Assembly: GCA_964188305.1 (NCBI GenBank)
Contig: OZ076890.1
Source of the DNA: Podarcis bocagei
Taxonomy: Eukaryota
Length of the DNA stretch: 64,000 bases
Strand: one strand, 5' to 3'
Under the pieces are notes generated by a model that was given only the letters and a program-made list of their open reading frames with translations, searched no databases and had not been told where the DNA came from. Below, one piece after another: positions 47,771 to 61,400 of the stretch (positions within the stretch are counted from its first letter, which is position 1; every line of letters begins with the position of its first letter). Position numbers and translations under genes: made by a program.

Positions 47771-48114
47771 GTAAAGGTCCCCTGGATGGTTAAATCCAGT
47801 CAAAGGTACGGCACTCACCTCGATTTTCAGGCCAAGGGAGCCAGCGTTTGTCTACAGACAGCTTTCCGGGTCATGACCAAACCGCTTCTGGTGCAACGGG
47901 ACACTGTGACAGAAGCCAGAGTACACAAAAACATTGTTTACCTTCCTGCCATAGTGGTACCTATTTATCTACTCACATTGATATGTTTTCAAACTGCAAG
48001 GTTGGCAGAAACTGGGACAGAGCAATGGGAGCTCACCTCATCACACGGATTTGAACTGCCACCCTTCTGACTGGCAAGCCCAAGAGGCTCAGTGGTTTAG
48101 ACCACAGTGCCACC
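47771..48114 (-). mobile_element. Sauria SINE (Squam1)
   Basis: gtaaaggtcccctgga tail, gtggtacctatttatctactcac core, ggtttagaccacagtgccacc head. Confidence 0.85.
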
Positions 48115-48926
48115 ATGTTTTACCAATGTGCAGAAGCACACATTGGGATAAACTAAAAACTGCACAGAATTGGTCTCCCTGCAATCATATGTGTAAGCAC
48201 ATCAACAGCAAGTTCACCTCTGCTACAGTCTTTTGTCAATGGGCATGTGCACATAGATATCCAACGTGCAAACACACTGAAGAAACACAAAGATGTCCTT
48301 GCATGTTTCTAGAGTTTTAGAAAGCATCTGAGTTAAATCAGAATTAAGTAGGAGAAAAACCAGGGGCACAGTGAGTATGTGGATGAGATACAGCCACGGA
48401 ATGTGGGTGGGATCTGATCATCCATCTAGAAAAACACAATGTCTGAAGCAACCTTATATTTCACGTGAATAATTTACATGGGTGTAAGCTCACTTCTGAG
48501 TAAGCATGCAGCCTATAACTCTTTCTTCCTGGTGGAGTTTCATCATTAAGGAGCATAAGACAAGAGACATTTTATTTATTGTTTTGGATTTCCTCCAAGC
48601 AGAATGTATTGTTTTCATTGGGGAAGAAGAAATGAAAAGTATGACTTCAGCATCCCATAAATCTTTTGTCCATTTTGTTCCTAAGATAGAAAGCATCAAG
48701 GAAAAGCAAGAAAAGAGCTGCTTGAATGTTAACATAATGAATTCAATACTTTTTATTGGTTTGTTTTTGTTTTGTTATGTATTTTGTGTTCTCATTTTGT
48801 ATTTTTATATTGTGACCTACCCTTTGATCTTTTGATGAAGGGCAGTATACATATATATATATATGGAAAAATTTAACAGCCAGATTATCAATCAATATAT
48901 CCATTTACATTTTGTCCCCTTTTTTA

Positions 48927-49314
48927 TAGAGATGGAGGGATCAGCCTATTTCCATTCCATGCCTGTTTCACATGTATTCATTTCTAAGCCCATTGTGTTC
49001 CATTTCCCGTGGATTTTTTGTTAACATGAATGAAATTTGTGCATTTAAATTATACTTAATTTTATATGTTCTTTTGTCCTAAAACAGCTTTTTTGGATAA
49101 GGTTTTGTGTGCACTTATCCTCTAAAATATGCATTATGTATGCATTTTCCCCTTAAAAAACAATTCAATGCATTCTAAAAAACAGAACTGCATCCCAAAA
49201 TTCAGAGAAGTATATATTCTGATTGTTAACTCTTTTCTGATCCACATATGAGTCCAGGAACTGTAAATTAGGAACTTGAAAATAAGAATGAAGCAAAATT
49301 CTCTTCCATTCCTA
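48927..49314 (+). mobile_element. AT-rich non-autonomous repeat (same family as 24245-25541)
   Basis: tagagatgga / tccattccta ends; gaactgcatcccaaaattcagagaag block. Confidence 0.55.
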
Positions 49315-49330
49315 ACTGTGTAGTCACAAA

Positions 49331-49802
49331 CAACAGAGAAACCAGTAGGAGAACACTTCAATCTCCCAGGACATTCTATACAAGATCTCAAAGTAGCTGT
49401 TTTACTACAAAGGAATTTCAGAAATAGACTGGAAAGAGAAGCTGCTGAATTGCAACTCATTACCAAACTTAAAACCATGGAGAGACCTGGTCTGAACAAA
49501 GACATTGGATTCTTATCTCATTATACATGACTTAGCCATTTTTCACCTTCTCACCCCTTGCCTTTTCCTGTAAGACCTATTGCAGTCGTTAAGAGTTGTC
49601 AACAGGCTCATCTCAGCTATCTGCCAATCTCCCATTCCCACCACCCTTCTGAGTAATACCCCTCCCCACCTTCTCTCTATATAGAAGGATCTGGCAACTT
49701 CTGTTTCAGTGTATCTGAAGAAGTGTGCATGCACACGAAAGCTCATACCAAGAACTAACTTAGTTGGCCTTTAAGGTGCTACTGGAAGGAATTTTTTTAT
49801 TT
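49331..49802 (+). mobile_element. 5'-truncated Penelope-like element (GIY-YIG C-terminus and pLTR)
   Basis: 49333-49530 encodes TEKPVGEHFNLPGHSIQDLKVAVLLQRNFRNRLEREAAELQLITKLKTMERPGLNKDIGFLSHYT*; 14-bp TSD tgtgtagtcacaaa at 49317-49330 and 49803-49816. Confidence 0.9.
49711..49748 (+). ncRNA. Minimal type I hammerhead ribozyme motif
   Basis: GUAU-CUGAAGA-A-GUGUG(CAUG)CACAC-GAAA-GC-UC/AUAC: conserved core, helix II, helix I GUAU:AUAC, palindromic AGCU helix III. Confidence 0.8.
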
Positions 49803-50514
49803 TGTGTAGTCACAAAGTTAGCTCACAAAGAACAGGTTGGCAGACCTTGCACTTTAATATACCATCTCTAAGTATGTCTAAGTTTGGAGAAACCCATTGA
49901 CCAGACTAAGCCAGATTTTAGGCAGTGTCCCTTTGTATGCAATAATACATTGCTCTCTCCTTGCCAGCCCAGGTGTTTGCAGGCAAAGAATCTGGAAAAT
50001 TACCACTCATATGAGCTAAGGAGAGGGCCTTCGGAGAATGTTCCTTCCCTGCCATTGCAGGAGCTTACAGTTTAATGCTTTAATAGGTGATTCCAAATCC
50101 TGATTTAGTTTCCTGTGACATATATTTTTATTTCAACACTGTTGACCACTCGCAAAATCCATGCTTATATATGGTACAATATGTCAACTGTGAAAAGTTA
50201 AAGCCAAATAAATTATTGTTAGGAGATCTTATGTGGATTCCACAAACAGGTCTATTTATGTTTCTCTGTCTGCTTTTGCATCTGGCTCCACCCACTGACA
50301 TATGGCTTCCAAAAGGTTGACTATGACCAAATGTGGCCCTCAGGCTGAAAAACAGGTCCCTGACTCTGCCCCAACCCCCTTGAACCACAGCTGCGTTTCA
50401 TTTTTCTTTCTTCCGATAGATGCTTAAAATCTCAAAGGCATATGGTGGAACTAGCTGTTTCTATAGGGAACTATTTAAATGCTGCTTTGCACTTCTTATT
50501 TGTCCTTTCTACAG

Positions 50515-50658
50515 GGAATAGAAGAGCAAGCAGAAAGAACAATAAACAAACACATGCACAAGGAAATTCCCTATGGAGGAAACAAATACAATTCAGTATG
50601 GAGGACTGTCATCCAGATGACAAGCAGAGACATCACAAGCATGGGAGAATTCCTTAAG
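50515..50658 (+). other. Candidate 144-nt exon, open in phase 0
   Basis: ttcttatttgtcctttctacag| acceptor and AAG|GTGAAT donor; GIEEQAERTINKHMHKEIPYGGNKYNSVWRTVIQMTSRDITSMGEFLK not recognised. Confidence 0.3.
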
Positions 50659-51355
50659 GTGAATTTGAGGTCTGTACGTAGGATGCCAGTAAGGACCTCT
50701 GTGCCAATGAACTGTCATTTAATCTTTATGCATCAGTGTCAGCACTGCTTTAATTTCAAATCTGAGTTGTACACAATGTCATTCAGCATGGAAGAGCCTT
50801 CACAAAAGAGCTGAGGGTGCTGATTCTGCTTTTTGGCTTAGGAACCTATAGATGACATAGCGAGGGAAATGTGTGGGGGGGGGGTAGACAAGTTGATTGC
50901 AACAGCAATATAAATATGCTTAGTTGATTTCCCACCCATGGGGGTATATATGGGGATGGGTCAGCGCTCCTGGTATAAACACTTAAATGGGTGGTTGTTG
51001 TTACTCAAAGAAATCATGGTGGTGTACATAGATGCTTTCCCATTTCCTTCTTTTTTTAAAAAAAACAAAACAAAAAACGTTTAATCATTTTTCCGATACA
51101 AACATCAACCGCAAAAGACACAAACAACAAAAACCATAACAACAATAATAAAACAATTTGACAATTCAGATTTGAATACAGTGATATACCTACGACTACA
51201 TCTTTTTAAACAATATTTTCCTACCTCTCTCTCCTCCTCCTACTTCCCATTTCATCCTTGAAACAAGCTTGTGAGGCTCAGAGACAGTGACTGGCCCAAG
51301 GGCACCAAGTGAGCTTCATGCCTGAGTGTGGATTTCAAATCCTTTCTGCTCAAAA

Positions 51356-51356
<1 letters not shown>

Positions 51357-51396
<40 letters not shown>
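51357..51396. repeat. (GT)n microsatellite
   Basis: Seen directly. Confidence 0.95.
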
Positions 51397-51398
<2 letters not shown>

Positions 51399-53562
51399 GT
51401 AGTCGTTATGAGGTATTAATAAATAACAGCAACAAGTGAATATATTGTTTGCTTTTCAACTATTTAAAACTTGAGTTTATCCAGATAGGAGCATCTGAAC
51501 AGAATTGCTGTAGATCTTTTGACCCTTTCCAACTGAAATGCCAACCCTCATCTTGCACTGAATGTAGCAGCCTAAAATCAGACCTGCAATACATGAAACT
51601 TGACTTCTCTGTATGGTTCAGGGTTGGCATCAGGCACTCATACCTTTAGCAGCCATGTGTCAGACAAATAATAAATAGAGTAAGTCTCTTCTGGGGTGGA
51701 ATTACAGTTATGGAGCCGATATTCTGTCTGTTGGAAATTGCTTAGTTGTAAGCAAGCACAGTTTGTGACATTGCACAATAACCTTACAGGGCTTTTATGT
51801 TAGGGCATCCTTAGAAACAGCAAAACAAAATATACCACAAAATGCAGCTTTAAAGCAAACTCCAAATTATTAATAACAAATTAAAATTTCATCTTAAAAA
51901 TTTGTATATTGCTGTGAGAAAAGGAAGTGAGGGTGAAGGCAGTCACATGCTGCTTGCTGACTAAATTTGCTCAATTGTGCTATTCCAATTACTGCAGAGA
52001 GAAAGCTAATCCATTTTAATGAAATTATTTTCAGGAGCAACTTGCCTGCTTGTATTGGAACTCATTTTTTAAAAGTGGAAACCGAGAAAACAAAACAAAC
52101 GTGGATACTTTTATAAAAAAGAGAGAGAGCAGTGAAGTCCAAGATGACTGCTATAAAGATATCAAATAGACGAACAATGTCCTCATTACCTACCACGAAC
52201 TGAGCTTCAAATAACCATAATTAATAGTTGTGCAATTGCTCTCAATCATTTTGACACTTCACAATTTCAATATGAAAAGCTGACTTTCTTGAAGGATAAT
52301 GCTGGTCATTGTAAATTGCCAATTAGGATGCAATCCTGAATACACCCTCTCTCTTTTTCTAAATTGAACAATATTTGCAAATCAGTACAGCTAAAATATA
52401 AAGTATGTTCTCCTTTGTATTTATCTATTTTTTAAAATAAAGACAGACATGATCTACATTTTATGCAAGCAAAACTACCGTATTCCCAAACATGGTGAGC
52501 AAATAGGCTTTTGGTCATATGCCATGCTTTTTTAAAAATAATAATTCAGAATTAGAACACAATTTCTATATGTTATAACAAAGAAGGGAGCTTCTATATG
52601 GCTGTTGTTATTATCATTGCATTGTTCAGCCCAAGTACATTCAACCTTTTTACAAGAAGCAAAGCTTAATTGTAGCATCAAAATATGGTGGCATTAATGG
52701 GCCATCTAAGGTTGTGTATTCCATTATAACCACAATCATGTATTAATTTTCCAATTTAATCCTTTTGTTAATATCCTCTCTATCCATTTATCTTTCTTTC
52801 TTGGAAACAAAATGTCAAAGCCATTCTGATTCCCCCGCCATACCTGCTTTGGCCCTCTATTTCAAACATCCCTTCCTTTCTTTAAGATTTGAGAAAACTC
52901 TTGTGGAAACAAATGCAGGATAATGCATGAATAAATCTGAGTGGACATTAAAATATTGTAATGTGTAAATGTATGTGTAAATTTATGCAAAATTGGAATG
53001 AGTAACTTATCCAACAAAAAATGGGCATGCATTTTTCACCTATACTATGTTAAACTATATATGTACAAACAGATGTTCAACTCTGTCCTGGCACCCCAGC
53101 TCTGATACCCTCCTTGCTGCTGTCATTTTAGCGCTAGGTTAAAACGTTTAGGTTTTGTGTTTTTTTGAAAAGAATTTTATGTTAGATTTCAAATGTTTAC
53201 ATCCATAACCCTGAAAGACATTTTTGTACCCAAGTGTGATATATAAATTCTGTAAATAAATAAATAAATACAATAAACCTCCTCTCTTAACATTTTACCC
53301 CATGATATAGCAAGCATACTCTCAGAATCCTAGTTAAGAGGAAGAGGTTGCAAGGTAATGGATGAATGGGGGAGGGCTTAAGCAATTCTTAAGCAAACTC
53401 TTCCTTTCATTGTTTTCTGCACTTCCCTTTCTGCTGCTTTCCTACTGAGGATTTATTCAGATTACTGCTTTAGAGCACAGTGAAGTTGCTGCTTTTTCCT
53501 GGCACATTCACAGCTCTGTGACCACCCATAACTGTTCACATAAGCATGGCTAATTAAATATT

Positions 53563-53654
<92 letters not shown>

Positions 53655-54145
53655 TTATTTATACCCCACCCATCTGGCTGGGTTTCCTCAGCCACTCTGG
53701 GCAGCTCCCAACAGAATATATAAAAAAGCGACAAAACACCAAACATTAAAAACTTCCGTAAAAAGGGCTGCCTTCTCAAAGGCAGATAGTTGATTATTTC
53801 CTGGACATCTGGTGGGAGGACGTTCCACAGGACGGGCATCACTACTGAGAAGGCCCTCTGCCTGGTTCCTTGTAACCTCACTTCTCACAGTGAGGGAACT
53901 GCCAGAAGGCCCTTGGAGCTGGACCTCAGTGTCCGGGCTGGATGATGGGGGTAGAGATGTTCCTTCAGGTATATTGGGCCGAGATCATTTAGGGCTTTAA
54001 AGGTCAACACCAACACTTTGAATTGTGCTCAGAAACGTACAGGGAGCCAATGTAGGTCTTTCAGGACCGGTGTTATATGGTCTTGGTGGCCACTCCCAGT
54101 CACCAGTCTAGCTGCCGCATTCTGGATTAGTTGTAGTTTCCGGGT
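53563..54145 (-). mobile_element. 5'-truncated L2 LINE with compound (AGT)n(AAT)n tail (53563-53653)
   Basis: Encodes LQLIQNAAARLVTG...FKVLVLTFKAL...RAFSVVMPVLWNVLP on the minus strand. Confidence 0.9.
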
Positions 54146-56227
54146 ACTGCTGGTGAAAGGCAGGTAATAGATTTTATTAATATTATTCTACACAGCAGTA
54201 TAGGATGGCTTTACCCTATGCCAAGGCTTTCACATCTTGGCTAGAGATGTATTAGGAATGGCTTAGGACTCCCACCATGTGAAGCTGCTTTCAGAACACA
54301 TCAAACAGTAATATCTTATAACAATTACAGAATATATATGCATTTTGGATAACATCATGTGAACACACAATTAAAAACCCAGCCCTGGAAATGCAATGAG
54401 CAAATGGCAGTGTAAACAGAGCCCAGGATCCTTAGACCCAGACTTGCCAGGGGACATCTAGTTTAATCCTAATGTGCAGGAAAGAAGCTTATATCAAAGA
54501 GGGTTAGGAAGAGAGAGAGAGTAGGGGGCAACAGGATCAAAGAGATGACAAGATGGAAGTGTAAAGAGAGGTATCTGAGTTGGACAGCAGGATGGTGAAC
54601 AAAAATAACCCTTGCAGAGAGGAAGTCACAGGGAGAAGACTTGAGAGGATTGAGACTACAGACAAACAGAAAGAGTACGAGCGCTCACAGTCAGGGTGAT
54701 TGCTGAGGGCATAGAAAACTTAGAAGGAAAAACGAAAGATTCTCTTATATTGCACATCAAGCCGCCTTTGGATTCCCAGAAGTCTTGATGACCTGGAGAA
54801 CAAGCTCCTTTCTCAAAGTATAAGGTTTGGTGTAGTATAAGACAAATAGAAAAGTCTTCCAGAATATAAAAACTACTAGAGACACATCTCGTAGGTTGTC
54901 ACTTGTTAGTGATTTTGTGGCACATGGATTTATTTCATTGAATTCATAGCCATTTATAATGGATCAATAATTAGTCCTAGAATCCAAAATTCTACCTTTG
55001 GAGAAATAATAGATTTTTTGTTTTTTGTTTTTCCCCCTAACGTAGTGAGCACTATAATTACAAATTATCAGAAGTGCTGTTGAATTATGTACTGAATGTT
55101 ACAGCGAGATGAAAGGTGGTTAATTCAATGTGATCAAAGTGCCTTAAAGAACAATGGAATGGAATGGAACTTCATGAAATGCTGAACAAAGCTGTGATCA
55201 GAGCACTCTGAGACCATCTAGTAAAAACATTCTCTTCTAAAGTAGGGGTTCTATTGTTATATCCTTGGGAGTATGTTTCATTGAACTCAGTTAAACCTGT
55301 TCTAAATAAACATGCATAGGATTTTGCTATGTCTAGATCACTTTTATGTTGATAATGACACCTCAAAAAGATCTGGTAAAGTTTATAAATAGTATTCTCA
55401 TCTGTTTGATGTTTGATTAATGAGAAGTTATGTTCTCCCTCTTAATACTACAAAGATAAGAATGGGGCTTTGGGGTTAATTGATAATGAAATTTTGTTCA
55501 CAGGATTTATTTTAATTTCTCTTAAGAGTGCTTATGACAGAATTGATTCATGCTGTGATTATTTTGTTTGCTCATCACCAAGTATTGTTAGAATAAGAAA
55601 TCCAACCTAAATGTGAGTCCATTTCAACTTTTTTGGTCATTAATTTAACAAATATTGAAAGTTAACCCTCTTTCAGAGAAGGAGAATTCACATTAATTGC
55701 TAAAAGCTGAATAACAGCCAATGGCAGGGGGTGGTGGTTTACTTAATACAAGATTAAGTAAAATGAATAGTTAGGAAAGGGACATAATCATGCTGCCTAC
55801 ACTTTTTGCTTTGGCCATGCATTGAGGAAATGCACAGAATTATGAAATGAAGTCATCTCAACACTTTCCAGAACCTTATGTTCTATAATAACCAGCTGTC
55901 TTCATGGTAATGGTTGATAATTGACTATAATTCAAAGTGTGAGTGTACTAATTCATGTTTATTAGAAAATAGCTTGAGAGGTTATAAAGACAGTGAAAGA
56001 GCCACGGCCTAATTTGAGTTCAGCCTAATTTAAAACTAAATAAAACCCATTTTACCCACCTCCACTTTGGGACTTGCCACTCTGTCCCTGAATAAGATGC
56101 AGCCACAGAGAAGCAGCTTTAGCATCTACCCAAAGATGCTACCCAAAGATGCATCTACTGGCATTTAGGCAAACAATGTACAGCATAAGCTTTTAAATGC
56201 ATGCCTGATCAAGAACACCTCTGTGCT

Positions 56228-56386
56228 GGGTAACTCAGTCAGAGCTGGCCAGCACAGAGCATGAGACACTTAATCCAAGGGTCACAGGTTTGAGCCCCAT
56301 GTTAGGCAAAAGATTCCTGCATTGCAGGGGGTTGTACTAGATGACCCTCGGGGTCCCTTCCAACTCTACAATTCTATGATTCTATG
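56228..56386 (+). mobile_element. tRNA-Lys-derived SINE with CR1 tail
   Basis: agagcatgagacacttaatccaagggtcacaggtttgagcccc head; cccttccaactctacaattctatgattctatg CR1 octamer tail. Confidence 0.85.
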
Positions 56387-56513
56387 TGTTCCATCTGGAC
56401 ACGTGTTCACAGGACTTCAGCCTAACAGCACAATCCTAATATTCCATGTGGCACAGACCCTGAGCTACAACCCCTGTTAGCTGCCGCCACCAGGTCTCAT
56501 ATAGGGAGCTCAG

Positions 56514-56549
56514 ACGCTGGTCTGTGACCGTATTAATAAATTCATTCAT
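56514..56549 (+). mobile_element. 36-bp LINE 3'-end insertion
   Basis: 17-bp direct repeats tcatatagggagctcag at 56497-56513 and 56550-56566; insert has a ggtc/gacc hairpin, AATAAA and a (TTCA)n tail. Confidence 0.75.
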
Positions 56550-56959
56550 TCATATAGGGAGCTCAGCATAGAAAGTCCCGAAAAAGGATTTTCAGGGTAA
56601 CTGCACTTCTGGGTCACTGACAACTTTGGATTCACTATCTCCAAAGCCCTGTGGGTCCATGGAGGGACCTGATCCTTCAGTTAACCTGCTGGAGTTGCTG
56701 CAGCAATTGTTGCCTACAATGAGACATTGAATATAAACAAATAGATTTTTTTCCAAGGTCACATCTGTGGGCCAAAGCAACTTCATTTGAAAACAACAAC
56801 TATTTTAAATTGCATATGTGATTCATAGCAAATATTTCCATGCCACACCATTCCTGTATAACATGACGTAAACTAAACAGAATGGGCCTAAGACATTTTG
56901 AATGCAATGGGAGTTACTTCTGACTTACAGATTACCTCTGTAAGGGCAATATCCTATGG

Positions 56960-57284
56960 CAGGGATGTCCAACTCCCAAGAGACTGTGATCTAATCCTGG
57001 GGGGGGGGGAGCCAAAGTTGTTGAGCTTTTTTTGGGGGGGCACCATGGTTCTGTTGCTTTTGGGGGGGGGGCGCGCCATAAGACGCTGCCCAGATACTAA
57101 ACCTGGCAGCGATAGCTCCATCTTCAGTCTTTGCCATTGTGCGCAATTGAACGACAGAGCAAGAGAGCGGCACTGGATGCTCCTTCCCCCCCGCGGAGGA
57201 AAACGAGACTGTGATTAACCACGATCGACTGCTAGCACCCGGGGGTCAACCTGTTGATCACGGTCAACCAGTTGAACTTCCCTG
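56960..57284. mobile_element. hAT-type non-autonomous element
   Basis: TIRs cagggatgtccaact / agttgaacttccctg; perfect 8-bp TSD tcctatgg (56952-56959 / 57285-57292). Confidence 0.9.
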
Positions 57285-57928
57285 TCCTATGGTACCCACC
57301 CACTTGTAAAACGGATATTCAGTTGTGAAATGCGACTTCAAGTTTCTCTTCATCTTTCTCCGTGCAACTCCTCACAGGCCTCCATCTGCTCTGGAGGGTC
57401 TTCCAATTGCCTACCCATGCTGCATTGGTCCTCGTCTTAAGATTCTTTGGTAAAGTAAAGGCCACTAGAAATCATATTTGCAATAATTTGTAACAGCAAT
57501 ATAGTGTAATCCTCCTGAATCCTCTTTATTTGAATTACTAGTTTTCATTTGCAGACTGAGCCCACGTTGATTTCTTTCAAAGCTTATAATAATCAATAGA
57601 TAAAATAACATACCTTACTTTGCCATATACAAATCCCAATTATTTCGGAATCAAAAGGATGCTGGTGGGTAGTACTCAGTGAAACATTTCAGTATAAAGA
57701 GTAGCATCCTCATTGTTATCCTGATTCAGCTTCCTCTGCTGGGTGCAAGAGTTCATTTGAATATCAAACATAAGGGGCATTGCACTGTGCTTAACTATAA
57801 TATGCCACAGTTTGCTTTAATATTCAAAATATTATATGACATCTCAAGTAAGAGTATGATAATTGCCAACAAATCCACACCACCTACTTTTCTGATGTAG
57901 TGAAATTTCTCCTCTGGCTTGTTTCTAG

Positions 57929-58406
57929 TTGCCCAGGCAAGCACATTATGTGACCCATGAGAGCAGCAAAATAACCAGACTGTACTATGGTGATGGGATG
58001 AAATGAGGGCAAATCTTTATTGACAGCAGCAGCAGGCAGGGCAAGGGTTAGCATGGCACTGGGTCCCATCATTCCACAAGCCCCAAGTTGATGGAATGGA
58101 TCCACTGGGTTTGGACTGCTCCAAACCTGTACGATGGGAGCCAGCCAGTTGGCCAGGCTCTAACCCCAAGATAGGTGGGCAGGAAGCTCTCAAAGCAAAA
58201 TGGCTGTGAGATCCAGGGAAAGCAGCCTTATATAAGCTTCCTCCTCCCCTCTTCAGCAAGGGCTCATGGGACAGCTTTTTCCCATGAGCCCATCACACAG
58301 AGAAGATACTGTACAAAACCTTGCCCAGTATTTTGCTGTGATCTATGGGCCACAGCACCACTGGGCAAAGGCGTCCCATGCTTCTTGGGGATGGAACGGG
58401 GTTTAT
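57929..58406 (-). mobile_element. Internally deleted terminal-repeat unit, probably DIRS/Ngaro-type (copy 4)
   Basis: Reverse complement of 30595-31393 lacking ~30835-31160; AATAAA at 58016-58021 on the minus strand. Confidence 0.6.
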
Positions 58407-61400
58407 TGTAAGAATTCCAGCAATAAGCTCTCCAGCCCAGCAGGATTTGCTTTATAATAATAATAATAATAATAATTTGCCACTGTGGATGCAGATGTGA
58501 ACCTGACATGCTTGTTGCAAGACTTCTTGAACTGCATTTCATGATAAGGGTAGTGACATGAAAATGCACTGGAAAGACGTGTGTTGATGCATTGTCATCT
58601 GAGCTCCCTGTGAACAAATAAGTATGGATGCTTATAAAATGGCAAGTGTTGTCTAATCTCCCTGCAAACTAATCCTGGTGAATGCTCAATAAACAGGTTA
58701 TCAGGAAGTCCCTACAAATGGGGGGGGGGAGGAACTATATGGTTGAACTTGGATGGTTAAACTTACAGAAGACTCATTTTGTGATCCTTCAAGACAGAAT
58801 TCCAAGAAAGGATTAACACTTTGCTTGCTTACCAAGTGGTGTGACATACATCATTTTTAATAACTGAACATTTAAAGTAGTGACCCTTTAATTCTATGGT
58901 CCTCCATAGAGTGTTGGACTACAACTCCCATCATTCCTAACCCGTGGCTGAGACTGGCAGGAATTGGAGTCCAGCCACATCTAGCAGGGCACAGGTTATC
59001 CTTCGCTGCTGTAAAGAGGCCCAATTTCTCATTCATCTTCAGCATAGGTACAGCTCCAGAGGCTTTGCTTCCATTTTGCTTTAAATCTCACCAAGAAAGC
59101 ACGTCCACCAGAAAATTAGAACCTAAAGGCACACTAGCTGACAATTTATCACCATCCTGAAACAGAATGCCTATTATCTATGTGTTTGCCTATAAGGCAT
59201 GTAGCAGGCTAGGTGAAAATCAGAACATAAGTCTCACTTAAAGAATTCCCAGAGTTGCAGTATGCAAGCCTTCTGTTCTCTCCAGAGGAACTGGGAAGTT
59301 AAAACAATGTTATGTGGCCTTTTTAATGTCTTAAGATATTTCACTGGTGACAAACTTTTGATGTGACAAATATGGCATTGTTTTTCCAGACCATTTTTAT
59401 TTGATATAGAGACTTCCAACTGAAAGGACTGATAGCATAATCCTTGTGGAGTTACTATAAGAAAGCAATTCTGCATGGCTGACTGATCTGTGATGTTCAG
59501 GTTTGACTACTGGAAGTAGCTGGGGAGGCATATTCTGCTGAAAAGTGACAGCATATGCTGCTGAATGTAACACTCCATATTAGGCATGGATTTAATTCAG
59601 AGATTAGGTGATTGCCCTGGGTCAGGATTGGGGGACCTGTGGGCCTCTAGATGTTGCTAGACTACAACTCCCACCATCCTGAAGATTGGCCATGCTGGTT
59701 GGAGCTGATGAGAGTTGGACTCCCAACAAAACCTGGAAGATCACTGGTACTCACTCCAGCCATAAAACAACAAAATGCATTGAGACAACCCAATTTTTCT
59801 ATCATGTGGTGGCATTTGCAATTTCCACATAGTGGCATCCTATGGATCGAAAGGAGACAAAGTATGCTAAGTACTGAATATCATGCGTTAAGCATTTTGA
59901 GAAAATCTAGCTTGATGAAACCACGACTGCTGAAGAGTCTGTTGAACACATCAGGCACTGAAGTTCTAGAGAGACCCTGTTATCTGACGATTGTAGAAGT
60001 AACTGCATGTGTGAGAAACATTTTCCCTTGGATTTGCTCGGAATGGTTTATGTATATTTTAGCATTTTTTAGCTCACAACTATTCATTTAATGTAGGGAA
60101 AGCACAACACAGACCACACCTTGAATCTTGATACAGTACTGTGAGTGATCTCTTTTGCAGTGTTGTGTATATGCAGAGGGAAGTAAAAACATGATTGAAC
60201 TGAAGGAAGTATAAGCTGTTTCTTAAAAGAGCAAATAAACCAACAACACCTGAGCTTGAAAAACACTCAACAGTATTTATAAAATTGGGAGGGGAGTGAA
60301 AATTTTCTAATGCATCAGTTTCATTTGGAGTTTCAAAATTTGCAGATGAATTTTTTTATACTGTGTGACTATCACTTCATGGTGGCATTGAGACTCTTTT
60401 ACTGCAATTTCAGGAAAGAAAAATGAATGTGATTGTTGTAGAAGTAAATATGGACATCCCTCTGCCTATATGGAGATAGGCAGATATCTGTTTAGGATAC
60501 CAACTCTCTTCATCATTTCTTTGGAAGAAACCTATTCATAGGTACATAAATTTGCATATGTGGGCCATGGCCTCCCCTTGTACTAATGGGGACTGTGATA
60601 TGAAGAAAATATATTTGTGTAGTGTCAACATGAAAGTCTGGACAAGGGAAAACTATTTGTGTTTCTGATCAACATGCACCCCTTTATTCGGATCTCTAAA
60701 GCATCTACAGTTTAAAATTACACAGTGATTTAACTGTACTCTCTGAACAAGGTTTGTTTGAAGCAGTATGTGCAGTTTGAGTCACAATATTAGTGAAAGT
60801 ACATTGGAAATATTGGACAAAACGTGCCGCAGAAGACAACAGAAATTACTTTGGGATCTGGGGGATTTGAGCTGTGATAAGAGCTCAGTCAGGCATAGCT
60901 TCCATTGCTTGCAAACATAAGACGGTGGAAGAAACTGATGAAGTATATACAATATGCTGTAGGAAAGGCTATATAACCAACTTTCTATTTGAAATAATAC
61001 TAAACTGAGAGACAAAAACACACTGATGATTTTGGAAGACAATAAAAGCTAAATTACTCAGTTATGTTGAGCACATTCCCCTTCAAACTGTCATTGTTTT
61101 CTCCCTTCTGAACTGTTATAGAAAAAGAGAGAGAAAGAGAAAACAAACTTGGGGAGGGGGGACTCAAGTAGATTGAACTGGAAATAAATCTTACTGAACT
61201 CCATGGAACTTACTTCTGAATAAATATGATTAAGATGAGGATATTTGGTTCATTCTCCCCTCTCCTCTCCACTGAGACGTGGCATATTGCAATCACTTCA
61301 ATGCCGAAATCTATGGATGGAGGCTGTGTACACATTCCTGTTTTAAAATGCAGTAAGGTAGTTCCTTTTCACTGCCTTTCAAACTCCATTTGCTTGGTTT

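Noticed and set aside
54480-54750. Purine-rich stretch resembling an ancient L2 (also 7380-7555 and 9840-10140)
   Set aside because: Too degenerate to delimit or classify by eye.
57657-57709. gatgctggtgg... resembling the start of mascRNA, with a ggatgct/agcatcc stem
   Set aside because: No T-loop and no upstream U-rich triple-helix module; probably chance.
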